DNA of 64,000 nt, taken from contig OY730476.1 of assembly GCA_963422735.1 (NCBI GenBank), forward strand, positions 288,001 through 352,000, written 5' to 3'. The first letter of the stretch is position 1. Each line of letters starts with the position of its first letter. The position numbers and the translations under genes are program-made. Source of the DNA: Candidatus Latescibacterota bacterium. Its GTDB lineage: Bacteria; Latescibacterota; UBA2968; UBA8231. Shown here piece after piece: positions 29,427 through 39,166 of the stretch. The notes under the pieces are model-generated. The model was not told the origin of the DNA. It saw only the letters and a program-made list of their open reading frames with translations, and searched no databases.

Positions 29427-29622
29427 ATTACTTCCTCACTGTTCTGAAGTCGTCAGTCGCGTCGTCGTTTTGGTCATCATGGCGATGTAGTCGCGTACTC
29501 AGGGTGCTCAAACGGCGAATTGGTTACTATATATTATGGCTTAAAGAGGGGCCCCCTACCGGCGATGCAAGCGAGGCGTCCCGGCTAAACGAGGGCACGC
29601 GAGAGAGGATGGATCAACGCAA

Positions 29623-30801
29623 ATGGAAAAATTAATCGCGGCTATTGACCGAGAATGGGTGGCCGAGCGGACCCGGGAATTGGTCGATATTTACAGCGTA
29701 ACCATGGCCGAAGCCGAAGTATGCCGCGCCTATGAGACCATGATGCGCGAGATCGGCTTGGCGGTTGATGTGCGGGAAGTGACTCCGGGGCGCAACAACC
29801 TCTACGCGCGCATCGCGGGTAGGGGAAATGGCCCCGCGCTGATGCTCAATGGCCATCTCGACACCATCCCCGTGGGGGCCTGCCCGCCTGCTCGCCGCGA
29901 GGGCAATCGCGTGTACGGCCGGGGGGCGACCGACATGAAGGGGGGTATGGCCGCGGCGTTGGCCGCGGTCAAGGCGCTTTGGGAAAGCGGGGTCGAATTG
30001 CAGGGCGATTTGTGGCTGACGGCGATTGTGGGGCACGAGGAAATCGAGGCGCAAAAGGACGGACCGCTGGCCCTGATCGCCGATCGCAACAGCGGCCGGA
30101 TTGGTGGCGACCGGATCTTAATTGTCGAGGGCCGCGACGCGCTGTGGGTGATGAGCATGGGGTCGATGGTCTTTACCATCGCGCTCGAATCGGTCGCTGG
30201 CGGCAAGCACACCCAGTACGTGCCCTTTGCGGAAAATCCGCTCCGCTTTGTGGGTGCGCTCATTGAGCGAATCCATCAGTATCAACTCGAACTTGACGCC
30301 GGGCCAACACACGCCTTGGCCGGTGCCGAGCGAATCGACTTAGGGATTGTCGCCGGGGGCGACTATTTCAATCGCACGCCGCTCTGCTGCACGCTGACGG
30401 GGACCCGGCGCTGGCTGCCGGGGCGCGCCGCGCCGCAGGTATTGGCGGAGTTGGAAGCCCTAGCACAGCCATTGGCCGAGGCTGGGGGGTTGAGCCTACG
30501 GGTCGAAATGGAGCATGAGCGCGAGCCGTTTGAGACGCCCGCCGACGATGCGGCCGTGCAAGCGGTGGGGCGGGCGCACGAGCAGGTGACCGGCCAAGAG
30601 GCAGACTTGGTGGGGATGCGGATTGTGGGGGACGCCAATTTATACGTGCATGGGATGGGGGTGCCGACCTTTTACTACGGCCCCTCAAACGAGACGGCGC
30701 ACGCAGATGTGGAGTGGGTGGAGGTGGATCGGCTGAAGAAGGCGGCGCAAGTGTACGCGCTGGCCGCAACCGACTATTGCGGCGTTGCATCCCCGGATTG
30801 A
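29623..30801 (+). CDS. M20 family metallo-hydrolase (ArgE/DapE-like)
   Basis: NGHLDT, GRGATDMKGG, HEE and AHADVE. Confidence 0.9.
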   Translation: MEKLIAAIDREWVAERTRELVDIYSVTMAEAEVCRAYETMMREIGLAVDVREVTPGRNNLYARIAGRGNGPALMLNGHLDTIPVGACPPARREGNRVYGRGATDMKGGMAAALAAVKALWESGVELQGDLWLTAIVGHEEIEAQKDGPLALIADRNSGRIGGDRILIVEGRDALWVMSMGSMVFTIALESVAGGKHTQYVPFAENPLRFVGALIERIHQYQLELDAGPTHALAGAERIDLGIVAGGDYFNRTPLCCTLTGTRRWLPGRAAPQVLAELEALAQPLAEAGGLSLRVEMEHEREPFETPADDAAVQAVGRAHEQVTGQEADLVGMRIVGDANLYVHGMGVPTFYYGPSNETAHADVEWVEVDRLKKAAQVYALAATDYCGVASPD

Positions 30802-30806
30802 ATGCC

Positions 30807-31976
30807 ATGGATGTCCAAGCAATTCGCCGCGATTTTCCCGCCCTAAAGCAGTACACTTGGTTCCAGAATGGGGGAGTAAGTATTACGCCGGTGCCGGTGG
30901 CCGCCGAGTACGCACGGTGGACGGAAGAGATAGTGCGGCGAGGGCCTTTGCACATCGTCTATCCAGAGGAAGAGTATCCGCGGCGTAAAGCAGCAATGGA
31001 TCGGCTGGCGCAGTTTTTCGGCGTGGCGGCTGGGGAGCTGGCATTGATGCGGGGGGTCAGCGAGGGGTTCCAGACGGTGGTGCGGGGGATGGAATGGGCG
31101 GCCGGCGACGAGATTGTGCTCAGTGCGGACGAGGAGGCAGCGCTGCTTTTGCCAGCCCTGCACTTGCGCGATGTGCATGGGGTCAAGGTGGTAAAGGTGC
31201 CGTTGATCGATGACGCCGATGGGCAGGTGCAGGCCGTAGAGGAGCGGCTGGGGGAGCAGACCAAGCTAGTGGCCCTGAGCCATGTGACGACGGATGTGGG
31301 ATTCCGTCTGCCGGTGGAGCGGATTTGCGCGGCAGCGCGGGCGCGGGGGGTGCGTAGCTTTTTGGATCTGGCGCATTCGGCCGGGCTGTACCCTTTGAAC
31401 TTGCACGCGCTGGGGTGCGATTTTGCCGGTTTGCTCTCCTATAAGTGGATGTACGCGCCGTATGCCGCCGGGTTGCTCTACGTGCGGAAGGAGGCCCTCG
31501 ACGCGGTACAGGTGCGCTACGCCGGCGGGCGGGCCGAACAGTGGTTGGACCCGGTGGCAGATATCTTCGCGCTGCACGAGACGGCCGAGCGCTTTCAGTA
31601 CGGCCCTTGGTGCTGGCCGCTGGTGCTGGCTTGGGCCTTTGCCGTCGAGTATTTGTCGGCCATCGGGCTGGAGGCGATCTGGGCGCGGACGGTGGCGTTG
31701 GCTGGGCGGCTGAAGGAGGGGTTGGCGCAGATTCCAGGCGCGGTGCTCTACACCCCGCGCTCCTCTGAGCGGTCTGCGGCGCTGGTTAGCTTTGGGCTAG
31801 CGGGATGGAAGGGGGAGGAATTGAGCCAAGCCCTCCGAGCGGAGTGGAACATGGTGATCAAGCCGCTGCCACACGGGCGCGAGGGCTTGCGCGCTAGCAT
31901 CGCCTTTTTCCTACTCAAAGCTGAAATTGACGAGTTGCTCGCGGCACTGGGCCGCTTGGCAAAACAAAGGAGCTAG
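30807..31976 (+). CDS. Class V PLP-dependent aminotransferase (cysteine desulfurase/lyase-like)
   Basis: IRRDFPAL, SHV, DLAHSAG and SYKWMYAP. Confidence 0.88.
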   Translation: MDVQAIRRDFPALKQYTWFQNGGVSITPVPVAAEYARWTEEIVRRGPLHIVYPEEEYPRRKAAMDRLAQFFGVAAGELALMRGVSEGFQTVVRGMEWAAGDEIVLSADEEAALLLPALHLRDVHGVKVVKVPLIDDADGQVQAVEERLGEQTKLVALSHVTTDVGFRLPVERICAAARARGVRSFLDLAHSAGLYPLNLHALGCDFAGLLSYKWMYAPYAAGLLYVRKEALDAVQVRYAGGRAEQWLDPVADIFALHETAERFQYGPWCWPLVLAWAFAVEYLSAIGLEAIWARTVALAGRLKEGLAQIPGAVLYTPRSSERSAALVSFGLAGWKGEELSQALRAEWNMVIKPLPHGREGLRASIAFFLLKAEIDELLAALGRLAKQRS

Positions 31977-32117
31977 GCATGAAGGTCGCGCTCATTCCGC
32001 ATCGCCAAAAATCGCGCGCCGCAGCGCGTCGTTCAAGTGCGACAACGGTACGCCACTTCTCCACGGCGTTTGGTGTGCAAAGGGGCGTTTCCTGTCTCAA
32101 AGGCCTAGGCGATCCGC

Positions 32118-32229
32118 CTGCCACACGGGCGCGAGGGCCTGCGCGCCAGCATCGCCTTTTTCCTACTCAAAGCTGAAATTGACCAACCACTCGCGGTGCT
32201 GGGCCGCTTACAAAGGAGCTAGGCGTGAA
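32118..32229 (+). repeat. Direct repeat of 31866-31983 (3' end of class V gene plus RBS and start codon)
   Basis: ctgccacacgggcgcgagggc..catcgcctttttcctactcaaagctgaaattgac..acaaaggagctaggc(a/g)tgaa occurs twice. Confidence 0.9.
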
Positions 32230-33301
32230 AATCACCAAAGTAAAAACCATTCAGATAGAGACCCCGCGCTACTATGGCCACATCTCCGGGCACGTGCTGG
32301 TCAAGGTCTTTGTCGATGACGGCCCGGTGGGCTGGGGCGAGGCGTCCGACAGCCGCGCCGAGGATTTGTCGACCATTGCCCGGCAGTACAATGAGCTGCT
32401 AGTGGGGCGGGACGCCGGGGCCATTACCGAGATCAACGAGCTGTTGCGCGGCCACACCTTCCACAGCTCAGTGACCGACCTCCACCTCGCCTCGGCGATT
32501 GATCTGGCGCTCTACGATCTCAATGGCAAGGCCCAAGGGGTTCCGGCCTACCGGCTTTTGGGCGGCAAGATGCGGGAGAGGCTCTATTGCTGCTATCCAA
32601 TTTTTGGCTGGCAGGTAAAAGAGGACTTCGAGCGTACGCTGGGCTATCTCCAGCGGCTGCTCGACTTGGGCCATCACCTGTTTCGCTACTACGTGTCGGG
32701 CGATAGCGCACTCGACGACCGCTTCCTCGGCGAGGCCAAACGCCGCTTCGACGATCGGCTCAAGCTCAAGTCCATCGACTTTTCTGGCCGCTTCACCGAT
32801 TGGGAGACGGCCGTCCGCTACGCCGATGTCCTTCGCCACCACGCGCCCTATCACTTTGAGCAGCCCACACGCAGTCTGCGGATCTCGGCCGAATTTGTGC
32901 GGCGGGTTGACTTGCCGGTGAGCTGGCACATCAACAGCTTGGAGTTGGGAATGGAAGCCATCGAAAGAAGGGCCTGCACGGCTTTTAACCTGGCCTGTGT
33001 CTGCGGCGGCCCGACCCATATCCGCCGACTTTTCGCCTTGGCGGAGGCGGCCGGGTTCCGCTGCCTGATTGGCACCGATCAAGAATCGACGCTGGGGGTT
33101 TCGGCGCAGGTCAGCGTTGGCATCGCCATGCCCAACACCAACTTGCCCTGCGACCCAATGGGGCCGGTGCTATACACGGCTTCGCCGGCCGTGGAAAGGG
33201 TGCGGGCCGAGGGCAGCTACTTGTATCCGCTTGAAGGGCCGGGCCTCGGCGTGGAGATCGACGCGGACAAGCTAAGCGCAATAACCGCAGAGGAAGCCTG
33301 A
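32225..33301 (+). CDS. Mandelate racemase/muconate lactonizing enzyme family protein
   Basis: GWGE, AIDLALYDLNGK..GVP.Y.LLGG, FEQP and PGLGVEID. Confidence 0.88.
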   Translation: MKITKVKTIQIETPRYYGHISGHVLVKVFVDDGPVGWGEASDSRAEDLSTIARQYNELLVGRDAGAITEINELLRGHTFHSSVTDLHLASAIDLALYDLNGKAQGVPAYRLLGGKMRERLYCCYPIFGWQVKEDFERTLGYLQRLLDLGHHLFRYYVSGDSALDDRFLGEAKRRFDDRLKLKSIDFSGRFTDWETAVRYADVLRHHAPYHFEQPTRSLRISAEFVRRVDLPVSWHINSLELGMEAIERRACTAFNLACVCGGPTHIRRLFALAEAAGFRCLIGTDQESTLGVSAQVSVGIAMPNTNLPCDPMGPVLYTASPAVERVRAEGSYLYPLEGPGLGVEIDADKLSAITAEEA

Positions 33302-33413
33302 TTAGTGGTTAGTAGATAGGGACCACTGCTTTGCCGTTGACCCTTCGCCGGTTGTGCCGCAGTATATATCCTTTCGACAATACTTGAGTTACATACATAA
33401 ACAGGAGCGGAAA

Positions 33414-34406
33414 ATGAGCGAGGAAAACCGAGCGACTTGGGCCGACAATTGGCTCGGGTATCGGGAGGAAATCAAGGTCGTCGATGTCACGATACGCGAT
33501 GGCGGCCTGATGAACGACCATTGGTTCGACGACGAGGTGGTCACAGGCGTGTACGAGGCCTGCGTCGAGGCCGGAATCGACTACATGGAAATCGGCTACA
33601 TCAACTCGCGGGAGCAGTTTCCGTCCAGCGAGTTTGGGCCGTGGAAGCACTGCCGCGAGGAGGACATCCGCCGCATCGTCGGCGACAACAACACCTCGCT
33701 GAAGTTAGCGGCCATGGCCGACGCCGAAAAAAGCGATTACAAAACGGACATACTGCCGGCATCTGAAAGCGTGTTGGACATGATCCGCGTGGCCACCTAT
33801 ATCCACCAAATGTCGCTGGCGTTGGACATGATTAAGGACGCCCGCGACAAGGGCTATGAAACGACCCTAAACTTAATGGCCGTTTCCACCGTGCCGGAGT
33901 CCGAGGTCAAGAGTGCGCTGGAGATGCTGGTGCGCTCAGACGTGGGAGCTATTTACGTGGTCGATAGCTTTGGCTCGCTCTACAGCGAGCAGGTCCGCGC
34001 ACTTTGCAACATGTTTTTCGAATACTGCGAGGGGACCCCAATCGAGGTCGGGATCCACGCGCATAACAATCGGCAACTGGCCTTTGCCAATACCATCGAA
34101 GCTGTAGTGTTGGGAGCCAATTGCGCGGACGCGAGTTTCGCCGGCTTGGGCCGCGGCGCGGGCAACTGCCAGATGGAGCTTTTGTTGGGCTTTTTGCACA
34201 ACCCGAAATTTCGCTTGCGCCCAGTGCTCAAGTGCATTGAGGAGCACATAGAGTCGCTGCGCTCCAAGCTGCTGTGGGGCTACGACTATCCCTACATGAT
34301 CACCGGCCTGCTCAACCAGCACCCGCGGGCCGGCATGGCGTTCAACGCCTCTGAGGACCGAGGCAAAATCATCCAATTCTACGACCAGATGGAAGAGCAG
34401 GAGTGA
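33414..34406 (+). CDS. HMGL-like (DRE-TIM) aldolase catalytic domain protein
   Basis: DVTIRDGG, VDSFGS, GIHAHNN and GLGRGAGNC. Confidence 0.88.
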   Translation: MSEENRATWADNWLGYREEIKVVDVTIRDGGLMNDHWFDDEVVTGVYEACVEAGIDYMEIGYINSREQFPSSEFGPWKHCREEDIRRIVGDNNTSLKLAAMADAEKSDYKTDILPASESVLDMIRVATYIHQMSLALDMIKDARDKGYETTLNLMAVSTVPESEVKSALEMLVRSDVGAIYVVDSFGSLYSEQVRALCNMFFEYCEGTPIEVGIHAHNNRQLAFANTIEAVVLGANCADASFAGLGRGAGNCQMELLLGFLHNPKFRLRPVLKCIEEHIESLRSKLLWGYDYPYMITGLLNQHPRAGMAFNASEDRGKIIQFYDQMEEQE

Positions 34407-34569
34407 TCTCGACAGCCTAGTGCAAGCGGCGGCAAGACGTCCCGGTGGATAGAGGTACTCCAGCGGGACATCTTGGTTATAAAACATTGCAAAATTGCTA
34501 CCGGTTTAAAAAATTGAGAACAGAGAAACTCAATCGGCCGTAGAGCCGACGCGAAAGGAGGAATCACTT

Positions 34570-35000
34570 GTGGCAGTAACAGTCAGTCTAATATGAAGGG
34601 CGGGGTCGGCAAGACGACGATTGCGTCACAGTTGGCGCATGCTGCCGTCTCGGATAGCCTAAAGGTCCTAGCTGTAGATATGGACCCACAGTCGAATTTG
34701 AGCCAAGCCATGATAGGGGTTCGTAAGTATGTAGATCATTTACGAGACAATCGTCCCACTATCGTACAGATATTTGAAGATTATATCCCCGCCGGAGGGG
34801 CTAGCGGATCTCCCCGTCCTATTGATCTTGACGAGGTAATTGTACGGGGTATTGGGTATAAGGGTAACAAGCCGGATCTCATTCCTTCTCGCCTTGAACT
34901 GAGCCGAACGCTCAAAAACCCGACCGGGAAAGCTGTTCGATTGACTAACTGCGAAAACTCGACGAAGAGACGCGAGGCAGCAGAAGCGACCTTGGGATAA
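34570..35000 (+). pseudogene. ParA family ATPase, frameshifted near the start and truncated
   Basis: GTG at 34570 after an RBS gives MAVTVSL, out of frame with MKGGVGKTT..VDMDPQSNLS. Similarity ends after LKNPTGK. Confidence 0.75.
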
Positions 35001-35115
35001 TTACCGACCAGATACTCGGCCATAGCAATAACGCAGGCGGACGCACCTGATCGACTATCTCCTCGGCAACCCTGCGCTGAAAAGGCTCAGCGGGGACGCC
35101 TTCGCCGCCCGCTCT

Positions 35116-35718
35116 TCAGTACCAGAGATAGCTGGCGTTGAAGGCGATGGCTAGGCCGGTGATGTCGGCTCTGACTACCTGGTCGTCGATTGTGGCCTCG
35201 GCACTTGGCGTGCCCCATCCGACGGTGCCTTGGACCATCCAGTGCTTGCGCATTTCGTAGCCTATGCTGCCGGCCAGCCCGACGCCATCGAGGACATTGT
35301 TGCCCCCGTCGTTCCAGCGCGCGGTGCCGATGATGACGTCGACGAAGGGCGACGGAGCGCTTTTTTTGAAGAAATAGGTCGCGCTAAAGCCATCGACATC
35401 AAAGCGCGTGTTGCCCCTTTTGACCGCTGTGCCGAGGAGCTTGGTGTCGGCGTCGTCCGCGTCGCTACCCAAGTCCATGACCCAGCCCAAGACGAGATGG
35501 TCGGTGAGGCCGTATCCAAACCGGAGGGCGGTCTCAAACGTCGAGTCGCTGTCCTCGCGTCGGGTGGACTCACCAGCGATGAGCCACTCCTGCTCAATGA
35601 ACTGGTAGCCCGGCCCGAGGCTAAGACCGAACAGAAATCCCTCGCGCCTTGCATCAAAGGCGTGGGCGGAAAGCGGCAGCGCGAGCAAGAGGGCGAGCAA
35701 AGGCAAGGCGCGTTGCAT
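35116..35718 (-). CDS. Outer membrane beta-barrel protein
   Basis: Signal peptide, alternating beta-strands and an aromatic C-terminus (ASYLWY). Confidence 0.7.
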   Translation of the reverse strand: MQRALPLLALLLALPLSAHAFDARREGFLFGLSLGPGYQFIEQEWLIAGESTRREDSDSTFETALRFGYGLTDHLVLGWVMDLGSDADDADTKLLGTAVKRGNTRFDVDGFSATYFFKKSAPSPFVDVIIGTARWNDGGNNVLDGVGLAGSIGYEMRKHWMVQGTVGWGTPSAEATIDDQVVRADITGLAIAFNASYLWY

Positions 35719-35819
35719 GATGAAGCTCCATGTAGGGTATGGGGTTGAATGGGAAAAAAGAGGGTCTTAAACGGGCTGTCAAATTATCTAACACCGCTAC
35801 CAGTGAAAAGTGCCAGCGC

Positions 35820-36257
35820 GCAGCGGCGGGTGCCCTACTGGTCGCAGCAGACTAAGGTGCGCGCCGGGGCGTACCTAACGCTGGCTAGGTGCTGGCAGCC
35901 CGGCGATACCATTGACCTCGAGATGGACCTGTCAATGCACTACTGGCAGGGCGAAGAGGAGGGCCGCGATAGGTCTCGATTTTTAGGGGGCCGGTGCTCT
36001 TGACCTACGACCGCCGGCTCAACACCGTGGACCCGGACGAGGTGCCGGCATTCGACTCGGTGGGTCTGCGGGGGAATTTGGTGGAGTCCGAGGCTATGGT
36101 GGCGATGGATTTTATTGCTGTGGATGGCAGCACACTGCGCTTGTGCGACTTTGCCAGTACCGGGGAGGGCGGTTCGCCGCATTGCTCCTGGCTGCGCGTT
36201 GTCAACGCGCCCCAAACGCCTTTTTCACGCGAGAATCCGCTCCGCAGCGGGCGGTAG
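35820..36257 (+). pseudogene. C-terminal remnant of a GH127 (beta-L-arabinofuranosidase-like) glycoside hydrolase
   Basis: RVPYWS..YLTLAR.WQPGDTIDLEMD, then frameshifted GPVLLTYD..L.DFAS.G..SWL. Confidence 0.6.
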
Positions 36258-36271
36258 AAGGAGCCTGTGTC

Positions 36272-37603
36272 ATGCGCGATCATTCGGTGCGCCGCTCATT
36301 GCAAATCTACGAGCGCGCCAAAGCGCTCATCCCCGGTACCACCCAGCTCATCAGCCGCCGCCCGACTCGGGCCGCGTTCGGCGTCAGCCCCATCTACGCC
36401 GAGCGCGCCAAAGGCTGCCGCATCTGGGATGTGGATGGCAACGAATACATCGATTGGACCAGCGCCGTGGGGCCGGTGATCTTGGGCTATGCCGACGAGG
36501 TCGTTGATGCCGCGGTCCGCGCCCAGATCGACCGAGGGACGATCTACAGCATTGTCCAAGAATCGGCCGTAGAACTAGCCGAAGAGTTGGTGCGGATTGT
36601 GCCCTCGGCAGAAATGGTGCGCTACTGCAAGGGCGGGGGCGAGGCCTGTACCATTGCGGTGCGGATCGCACGCGGGGTCACCGGCCGCGACAAGGTGCTG
36701 TTTTGCGGGTACCATGGCTGGCACGACTGGTACCAGGCCGCCAACATCGGGGCCGAGCGGCTGGCCGCTCATCTTTTCAATGGTATTGAGCCGATTGGCG
36801 TGCCTCGCTGTCTGGAGGGCACAGCCCTGCCTTTTACCTATGGCGATATCGATGAACTCACCGCCCTGATCGAAGCGCACGCCGGCGAGTTGGCCTGTAT
36901 CATCATGGAGCCGATGCGCTCCGACGAGCCGCCGCCGGGCTATCTCGACAAGGTGCGGGAGTTGGCGTCGCACTACGGGGTGGTGCTGATCTTCGACGAG
37001 GTCTCCTCTGGGTTTCGCCTAGCCTTGGGCAGTGCCCAGGAATACACGGGCGTGACGCCGGATATATCCGTTTTTGCCAAGGCCATCTCCAACGGCTATC
37101 CAATGGGCGCAGTGGTCGGCAAGCGGGAGGTTATGGCTCCAGCCGAGCAGATGTTTATCTCTAGTGCCTATTGGGACGACAACATCGGCGTGGCGGCCTC
37201 GCTGGCGACCTTGCGCGAGTTGGAGCGCCGCGACGCGGTGGGCCACTTCCAGCGCATCGGCACCTTCTTTAAGGAGCAGATCGACGCGGCCGCGGCTGCC
37301 GTCGGGCTCGACGCTAGCTGCGAGGGAGTGGCCGCGCATCCCCGCATCCGCTTGGGCGCGGAGGATGCCGCGACGGCCGTCAAAGTCAACACGCTGTTCA
37401 TCCAAGAAAACGCCCGCCGCGGCGTGATCTTGGCGACTGGGTTCATGTTCAATTGCGCCCACGGCGAGGCCGAGGTCGAACAGACCGCGGCCGTGGTGCG
37501 GGAGAGTTTTGCCGTTATTACCGAGGGCTTGGATCGCGGGGCCTTGGACGAACTGCTCGAAGTACCGCCTCAGGAAGATCTTTTTCGGCGGCTAGTGCGC
37601 TAA
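36272..37603 (+). CDS. Class III aminotransferase (glutamate-1-semialdehyde aminomutase-like)
   Basis: WDVDGNEYID, GYHGWHDW, LIFDEVSSGFR and FAKAISNGYP. Confidence 0.9.
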   Translation: MRDHSVRRSLQIYERAKALIPGTTQLISRRPTRAAFGVSPIYAERAKGCRIWDVDGNEYIDWTSAVGPVILGYADEVVDAAVRAQIDRGTIYSIVQESAVELAEELVRIVPSAEMVRYCKGGGEACTIAVRIARGVTGRDKVLFCGYHGWHDWYQAANIGAERLAAHLFNGIEPIGVPRCLEGTALPFTYGDIDELTALIEAHAGELACIIMEPMRSDEPPPGYLDKVRELASHYGVVLIFDEVSSGFRLALGSAQEYTGVTPDISVFAKAISNGYPMGAVVGKREVMAPAEQMFISSAYWDDNIGVAASLATLRELERRDAVGHFQRIGTFFKEQIDAAAAAVGLDASCEGVAAHPRIRLGAEDAATAVKVNTLFIQENARRGVILATGFMFNCAHGEAEVEQTAAVVRESFAVITEGLDRGALDELLEVPPQEDLFRRLVR

Positions 37604-37606
37604 AGC

Positions 37607-38716
37607 TTAGGGAGTAATCTCGGCAAAGACGGTGATTAAGCGAGGGAAGAAGGTGGCGAAGGTCGGGTAGCGGTCGCGCTGGGATTCGTATTCTTCGAGG
37701 CGGTGTGCTATGGCGTGGATGTAGCGGAAGCCGCGCCCGGATTCTTCATGCAGCGCCCGGCGACCCGCTTCTGCACCGAGGTGATGGTGGGCAAGACGAG
37801 CGGTGACGGCGCGGATGAGGTGTTCATTGGCGCAGTCGAGCCAGTTCGTGTAGCCGATGCTGGCCATCTGTTCGGCCAGCGGGGCGAATAGGTCGGCATG
37901 GGGTCTCAGCATTGGATAGTACTCCCCGCTGAGGGGGTTGACGAAGGCGTGACTGAACTCGTGCCATATAATCTGCAACAGTTGATCGCGAGGGCCGTAT
38001 TCGGGTAGGCCGTGCGTGGCGTCCGTGGGGCCGAGCAGCGTATAGACATCGTACGGCCCTTTAGAGCGTCCGATGTGCGGGCCAAACCCTCCGTGGTGCA
38101 AGAGCGGGCTGAGGACGAGGTGATAGCTGATTTGGCGGGTGCCGAAATAGGCCTCGACTTCGCTGGTGGGATCGGCGCCAGCCAGTTCCTCAAGGAGGCG
38201 GGCCCTGATGAGGCGGTAGAGCTTTTGGCTGCGGGTGAAGAAGTGGTTGAATTGGGTCTGGCGAGCAAAATTGCGCAAGGCGTGGACGAAGCGCGTAAAG
38301 TTTTCCTCGCCGCGGAAGGCGCGATAGATATGGGGGGGAATGGGTTGGATTAGTTCTAATACGGGTGGATCGGACAGGTAGAGCATGGCGGTTGGATAGG
38401 CATCGGACCACCCTGTGTCCAAGCTCAGGCTGCGAAAAAGAGCGACGGCCTGCTGAGGGGGATAGCGCGAGAAGTAGGTGATGAGGTCGCTCGCGTAGTC
38501 CACCCGATAGGGCGTCAGATAGCGATACTGGCTGAGGAGCTGGACCGCGGTGAGCAGTTCGAGGCGCGGGTCAGCACCAATGTACAGGCGTTGCTCGGCG
38601 TGGCCGCCGGAAGCTAAAAGCAGCGCAAGGCCAACGCATATACGATAAAAGCCGACTCGCAACGAGCCGGCTTTTAATTTTTCGGGACGAACTTCCAACG
38701 ATATCAGGAGGACCAA
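37607..38716 (-). CDS. DUF4932-like HExxH protein (start uncertain)
   Basis: DPRLELL, HEFSHAFVNP and NEHLIRA. Confidence 0.7.
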   Translation of the reverse strand: MVLLISLEVRPEKLKAGSLRVGFYRICVGLALLLASGGHAEQRLYIGADPRLELLTAVQLLSQYRYLTPYRVDYASDLITYFSRYPPQQAVALFRSLSLDTGWSDAYPTAMLYLSDPPVLELIQPIPPHIYRAFRGEENFTRFVHALRNFARQTQFNHFFTRSQKLYRLIRARLLEELAGADPTSEVEAYFGTRQISYHLVLSPLLHHGGFGPHIGRSKGPYDVYTLLGPTDATHGLPEYGPRDQLLQIIWHEFSHAFVNPLSGEYYPMLRPHADLFAPLAEQMASIGYTNWLDCANEHLIRAVTARLAHHHLGAEAGRRALHEESGRGFRYIHAIAHRLEEYESQRDRYPTFATFFPRLITVFAEITP

Positions 38717-39042
38717 GAGCCGCCGGGGTTTGGTGCGGCTTGGTCGGCGGAGCGGGTGTCGTGCAGGGCTTCTTTGAGCTGTTTACCCGGCTTGAAGTGG
38801 GTCTTGCGGCGGGCGGGCACGTACACTACTTCACCGGTGCGCGGGTTGCGTGCAGCGGGCTTGGGCTTGGTGTCTTTGACTTCGAGGACGCCGAAACCCC
38901 TGATTTCGATGCGGTTCCCTTCGATAAGTGTTTCGCGCATGGCCTCGAAAAGGCTATCGACCATTTGCAAAGTCAGGTTGTTTTTGCAGCCGAGCGTATC
39001 GGCAACCGACCGCGCTAGGTCCTTCTTGGTTATCGTGGCCAC
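38704..39042 (-). CDS. HU/IHF family DNA-binding protein
   Basis: TKKDL, IEIRGFG, ARNPRTGE and FKPGK. Confidence 0.92.
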   Translation of the reverse strand: MATITKKDLARSVADTLGCKNNLTLQMVDSLFEAMRETLIEGNRIEIRGFGVLEVKDTKPKPAARNPRTGEVVYVPARRKTHFKPGKQLKEALHDTRSADQAAPNPGGSWSS

Positions 39043-39099
39043 TAAAACCTCTATAGATGAGGAGTTAAACCGGCTCTGATTTTGTGCATAAGTGCTTGT

Positions 39100-39127
39100 A
39101 TTATACGAAATTCTGAGACTTAATCAA
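39100..39127 (-). promoter_or_regulatory. sigma70-type promoter of the HU/IHF gene
   Basis: TTGATT-16 bp-TATAAT on the minus strand. Confidence 0.55.
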
Positions 39128-39166
39128 GAGAAAAGTAACTAATAAAGAAACAAAGACATAAGCGCG

